DNA of 64,000 nt from assembly GCA_964244665.1 (NCBI GenBank), contig CAXTJO010000011.1, positions 430 to 64,429 on the forward strand, written 5' to 3'. The notes beneath the pieces were generated by a model, which was given only the letters and a program-made list of their open reading frames with translations, was not told the DNA's origin and did no database searches. This document shows, in pieces, positions 61,192-64,000 of this stretch (its first letter is position 1; every line of letters begins with the position of its first letter). The position numbers and the translations under genes are program-made. Source of the stretch: an uncultured Terriglobus sp. Its GTDB lineage: Bacteria; Acidobacteriota; Terriglobia; Terriglobales; Acidobacteriaceae.

Positions 61192-62172
61192 TTACTTCGG
61201 CAAGGGAAGCTGCGGAGCTAACACAGGGGCTGGCAGCAGCGTCGCTCGGTCGTCCAAGAAGCGTTTGACGGCTTCCCGCTCTTTCGCCGCGTCGTCCCCA
61301 GGCATCTCCACCGTAACCTTGGGATCAGCTGCTGCCGTGTACGCCAAACTCCGTGCCGTCTCCGCGGGTCCAACATCGGCTGGCCCAATGTCCAGCAACA
61401 GCTTCGGCATCGCCAATTCGTCCAACGCTGACACGGCAAACCGGTCCTTGAACAGCAGCCGCGTCGGGAAGTATCGGCTCCGCCGATCCCGCAACACCGT
61501 GCCCAGCACATCCGCATCCGCGTTGCGCACGATTAGGGCCGCAGCGTCCTTGTGGCGCGCCGCTAACTGCGCTGCAAGTGACCCGCCCACACCCGCCCCG
61601 TAAATCACGATGTGCTGCGGCGAGACCCCACGCAATCCGCGCAGGTATTCCCACGCACTCTCCGCATCCTCCATCATGCGGCTCTCGCGCGGGTGAGGCT
61701 TTGCCGCACTCCTTCCATACCCGCGATAGTCAAACGCCAGCACGTTCAGACCAAGGTCGTGCAGCACCGCCATCAGTGGCGCATCCGCAAAACCTAGCTG
61801 CCCATCTCCGCCCCGAAGGTATAACACCGTCGTATAGTCCTGTGCGGCCACACCCTGAGCCACTGACGCAGCCGGTAAAAAGTCACCAACCAGTTGCGGT
61901 ATTCCGCCCGTGTCCGGCCCAAACCTGACCACCTGGGCGCCGGCCAATCCTGTCCCACCGGTGGCCTTCTGCGTCGGGTGCAGGATCAACTGCCACGATC
62001 CCAACCCGAACAACGTGCACATCGCCAGGTACGCGCAAAAGAAGGCTCCAGCTATCGCCGATCCGAATGCCCATGCAAGCCATCGCGGACTCACGACCTG
62101 GAAGTTTGGGTCGCTCCTGTTGTACGTCGGTCGAGATGTCGGGTTCTGCTTTGAACGTCGCGGTGTGGCCAC
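61192..62172 (-). CDS. Alpha/beta hydrolase fold protein (nucleophile motif atypical)
   Basis: FDYRGYGRS, IYGAGVGG in place of GxSxG; probable GTG start at 62172. Confidence 0.75.
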   Translation of the reverse strand: MATPRRSKQNPTSRPTYNRSDPNFQVVSPRWLAWAFGSAIAGAFFCAYLAMCTLFGLGSWQLILHPTQKATGGTGLAGAQVVRFGPDTGGIPQLVGDFLPAASVAQGVAAQDYTTVLYLRGGDGQLGFADAPLMAVLHDLGLNVLAFDYRGYGRSAAKPHPRESRMMEDAESAWEYLRGLRGVSPQHIVIYGAGVGGSLAAQLAARHKDAAALIVRNADADVLGTVLRDRRSRYFPTRLLFKDRFAVSALDELAMPKLLLDIGPADVGPAETARSLAYTAAADPKVTVEMPGDDAAKEREAVKRFLDDRATLLPAPVLAPQLPLPK

Positions 62173-62228
62173 GCCCCACCCTAGCATGCGGCCCTTCGTG
62201 CACACTAGATGGAGCAGGGGAGCGATCC

Positions 62229-62537
62229 ATGTCCAACTGGGTAAAGATATGCACTCAATCGGACGCGCCTTCCGCAGGCAGCGTCGGTGAATACGTGGCA
62301 GGTGGCGTCGACATCTGTCTGGCCAACGCCGACGGCAAGCTCTCAGCTGTCGATAACTGGTGCCCTCACCGCCGCGGCCCCCTCGGCCAGGGCTGGCTCG
62401 AGGACGGCAAGGTCGTCTGTCCCTGGCACGCCTGGGGTTTCAATCTCACCACCGGCGACTGCCCGGAAGAACACAGCAAAGTCGCCGTCTTTGCCCTGAA
62501 ACTCGAGGGCGAAGACATCCTCGTCGACATCGCCTGA
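62229..62537 (+). CDS. Rieske [2Fe-2S] ferredoxin
   Basis: CPH...CPWH. Confidence 0.9.
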   Translation: MSNWVKICTQSDAPSAGSVGEYVAGGVDICLANADGKLSAVDNWCPHRRGPLGQGWLEDGKVVCPWHAWGFNLTTGDCPEEHSKVAVFALKLEGEDILVDIA

Positions 62538-62591
62538 TCCCAGCCCACCACGGCTGCTAAAATCGATTGAATCCACTCCATTGGAGAGGCA

Positions 62592-63731
62592 ATGCAAGCC
62601 ATCCTGGCGCTCGAAGACGGGCGCATCTTTCGCGGTAAAGGGTTCGGCGCGCCCGCCGAAGCATCCGGCGAAGTCGTTTTCAACACTGCTCTCACCGGCT
62701 ACCAGGAGATCTTCACCGACCCCTCCTACGCCGGCCAGATTGTTGTTCTGACCAACCCTCAAATCGGCAACTACGGCACCACACCGTCGGACGACGAAGG
62801 CAAACGCCCATATATCGAGGGCCTCGTCACCCGCGAGTTTTCCCCGATCTCCTCCAACTGGCGCTCCACCCAGGTCACCGACGAGTACCTCGAGAAGTAC
62901 AACGTTCCTGTCCTCGCCGAAGTCGACACCCGCGCCATCGTTCGCCACCTGCGCAACAACGGCGTCATGCGCGGCGTGATCAGTACGAAATCCACAAACG
63001 CAGATGAACTCATCGCGCGCGCCAAGTCCATCCCCAAAATGGACGGCACCGACCTAGCCCGCGTCGTCAGCACAAAGCAGACCTACCAGTTCTCCGACGC
63101 GAGCCCCATCAACGAAACTGGCGACAGGTTCCTTCCCCAGCAGATCGAGAACCCCAACCAGATGCACGTCGTCGCCTACGACTTCGGCATCAAGTCCAAC
63201 ATTCTTCGCATGCTCACCCGCGAGAACTGCCGCGTCACCGTCGTCCCCGCCGAGACTTCCGCCGCCGAAGTCCTGGCCCTCAACCCCGACGGCGTCTTCT
63301 TTTCAAACGGCCCCGGCGACCCCGAGCCGCTGGATTATGCCCAGCAGAACGTCCGCGACCTCGCCGGCAAAGCCCCCCTCTTCGGCATCTGCCTCGGCCA
63401 CCAGATCTTCGGCCTGGCCCTCGGCGGCAAAACCTACAAGCTTAAGTTCGGCCACCACGGCGCCAACCACCCCATCAAAAACCTCGACACCGGCAAGGTC
63501 GAAATCACCTCCCAGAACCACAACTATGCCGTCGACCCCACCACTCTTGACGCCACCACCACTGAAGTCACCCACGTCAACCTCAACGACGAAACCGTAG
63601 CCGGCCTCAAACACCGCACCCACCCCATGTTCAGCGTCCAATACCACCCCGAAGCCTCCCCCGGCCCCCACGACTCGCACTACCTCTTCAAAGACTTCCG
63701 TAAAATGATGGACGAGTGGAGGAAAAGCTGA
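62592..63731 (+). CDS. carA: Carbamoyl-phosphate synthase small subunit
   Basis: [36 protein letters not shown]. Confidence 0.97.
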   Translation: MQAILALEDGRIFRGKGFGAPAEASGEVVFNTALTGYQEIFTDPSYAGQIVVLTNPQIGNYGTTPSDDEGKRPYIEGLVTREFSPISSNWRSTQVTDEYLEKYNVPVLAEVDTRAIVRHLRNNGVMRGVISTKSTNADELIARAKSIPKMDGTDLARVVSTKQTYQFSDASPINETGDRFLPQQIENPNQMHVVAYDFGIKSNILRMLTRENCRVTVVPAETSAAEVLALNPDGVFFSNGPGDPEPLDYAQQNVRDLAGKAPLFGICLGHQIFGLALGGKTYKLKFGHHGANHPIKNLDTGKVEITSQNHNYAVDPTTLDATTTEVTHVNLNDETVAGLKHRTHPMFSVQYHPEASPGPHDSHYLFKDFRKMMDEWRKS

Positions 63732-63973
63732 TGCCCGGAACCACCATGGAAATTGTCCTAAGCGAGGAGCTCAAACAAAGAATCTTCCTCGCTGCGCAAT
63801 CGCAAAACAAAACAGCCCTGGTCTTCATTCAGGATGCTCTGTTTACTTACGTCGAAGACATCGAAGATGGCGTTATGGCGGACGTTGCTCTGACTGAAGA
63901 GGGCCGTACCTTTTTCAGCGCGGAAAGGGAGCACCAGCGTGCCTTGGACGATTCATTACTCGAAGCAAGCTGA
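63731..63973 (+). CDS. Putative RHH/CopG-type (RelB-like) antitoxin
   Basis: IVLSEELKQRI..A..QNKT...IQDAL..YVEDIED pattern; overlaps a downstream toxin-like ORF. Confidence 0.65.
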   Translation: MPGTTMEIVLSEELKQRIFLAAQSQNKTALVFIQDALFTYVEDIEDGVMADVALTEEGRTFFSAEREHQRALDDSLLEAS

Positions 63974-64000
63974 GAAACAGCTGAACAAACTGGGACCTGA
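63939..64000 (+). CDS. RelE/ParE-family toxin, N-terminus (truncated by window edge)
   Basis: GTG start: MPWTIHYSKQAEKQLNKLGP, a typical RelE/StbE N-terminus; not in ORF track. Confidence 0.65.
   Translation, partial: MPWTIHYSKQAEKQLNKLGP

Overview
High-GC chromosomal window, most likely from an Acidobacteriaceae (Terriglobus/Granulicella-like) genome. The lineage call rests on the GWxTD protein, Oar-type TonB receptor, long TolC and futalosine-pathway mqnD. The content is mostly core genes. Left: argR-C-B-D-F-G operon divergent from an orphan gltB with tandem ARG boxes, then fadD, pepP-accB-accC-thiE and two APC permeases. Middle: a MacA-like adaptor plus ABC ATPase with no permease and a 903-aa secreted protein, a GWxTD pair, tRNA-Lys(CTT), a CHASE3 two-component cassette, mqnD, bioY, ftsB, degP and truA. 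Right: TolC, YyaL, MscS, S8 protease, fused E1 alpha/beta, TBDR-DUF1800-DUF1501, carA and a RelBE-type pair running off the edge. No integrase, transposase or CRISPR array was seen. The most notable non-gene signals are three. (1) An identical ECF-type promoter, GGAACT-N16-CGTACT, precedes both the permease-less macA/ATPase operon and the tolC ~15.4 kb away. (2) G/C skew flips from G-rich to C-rich at about 33-37 kb regardless of gene orientation, with no recognisable dif site. (3) Several genes appear leaderless. All calls were made by eye; no searches were run.
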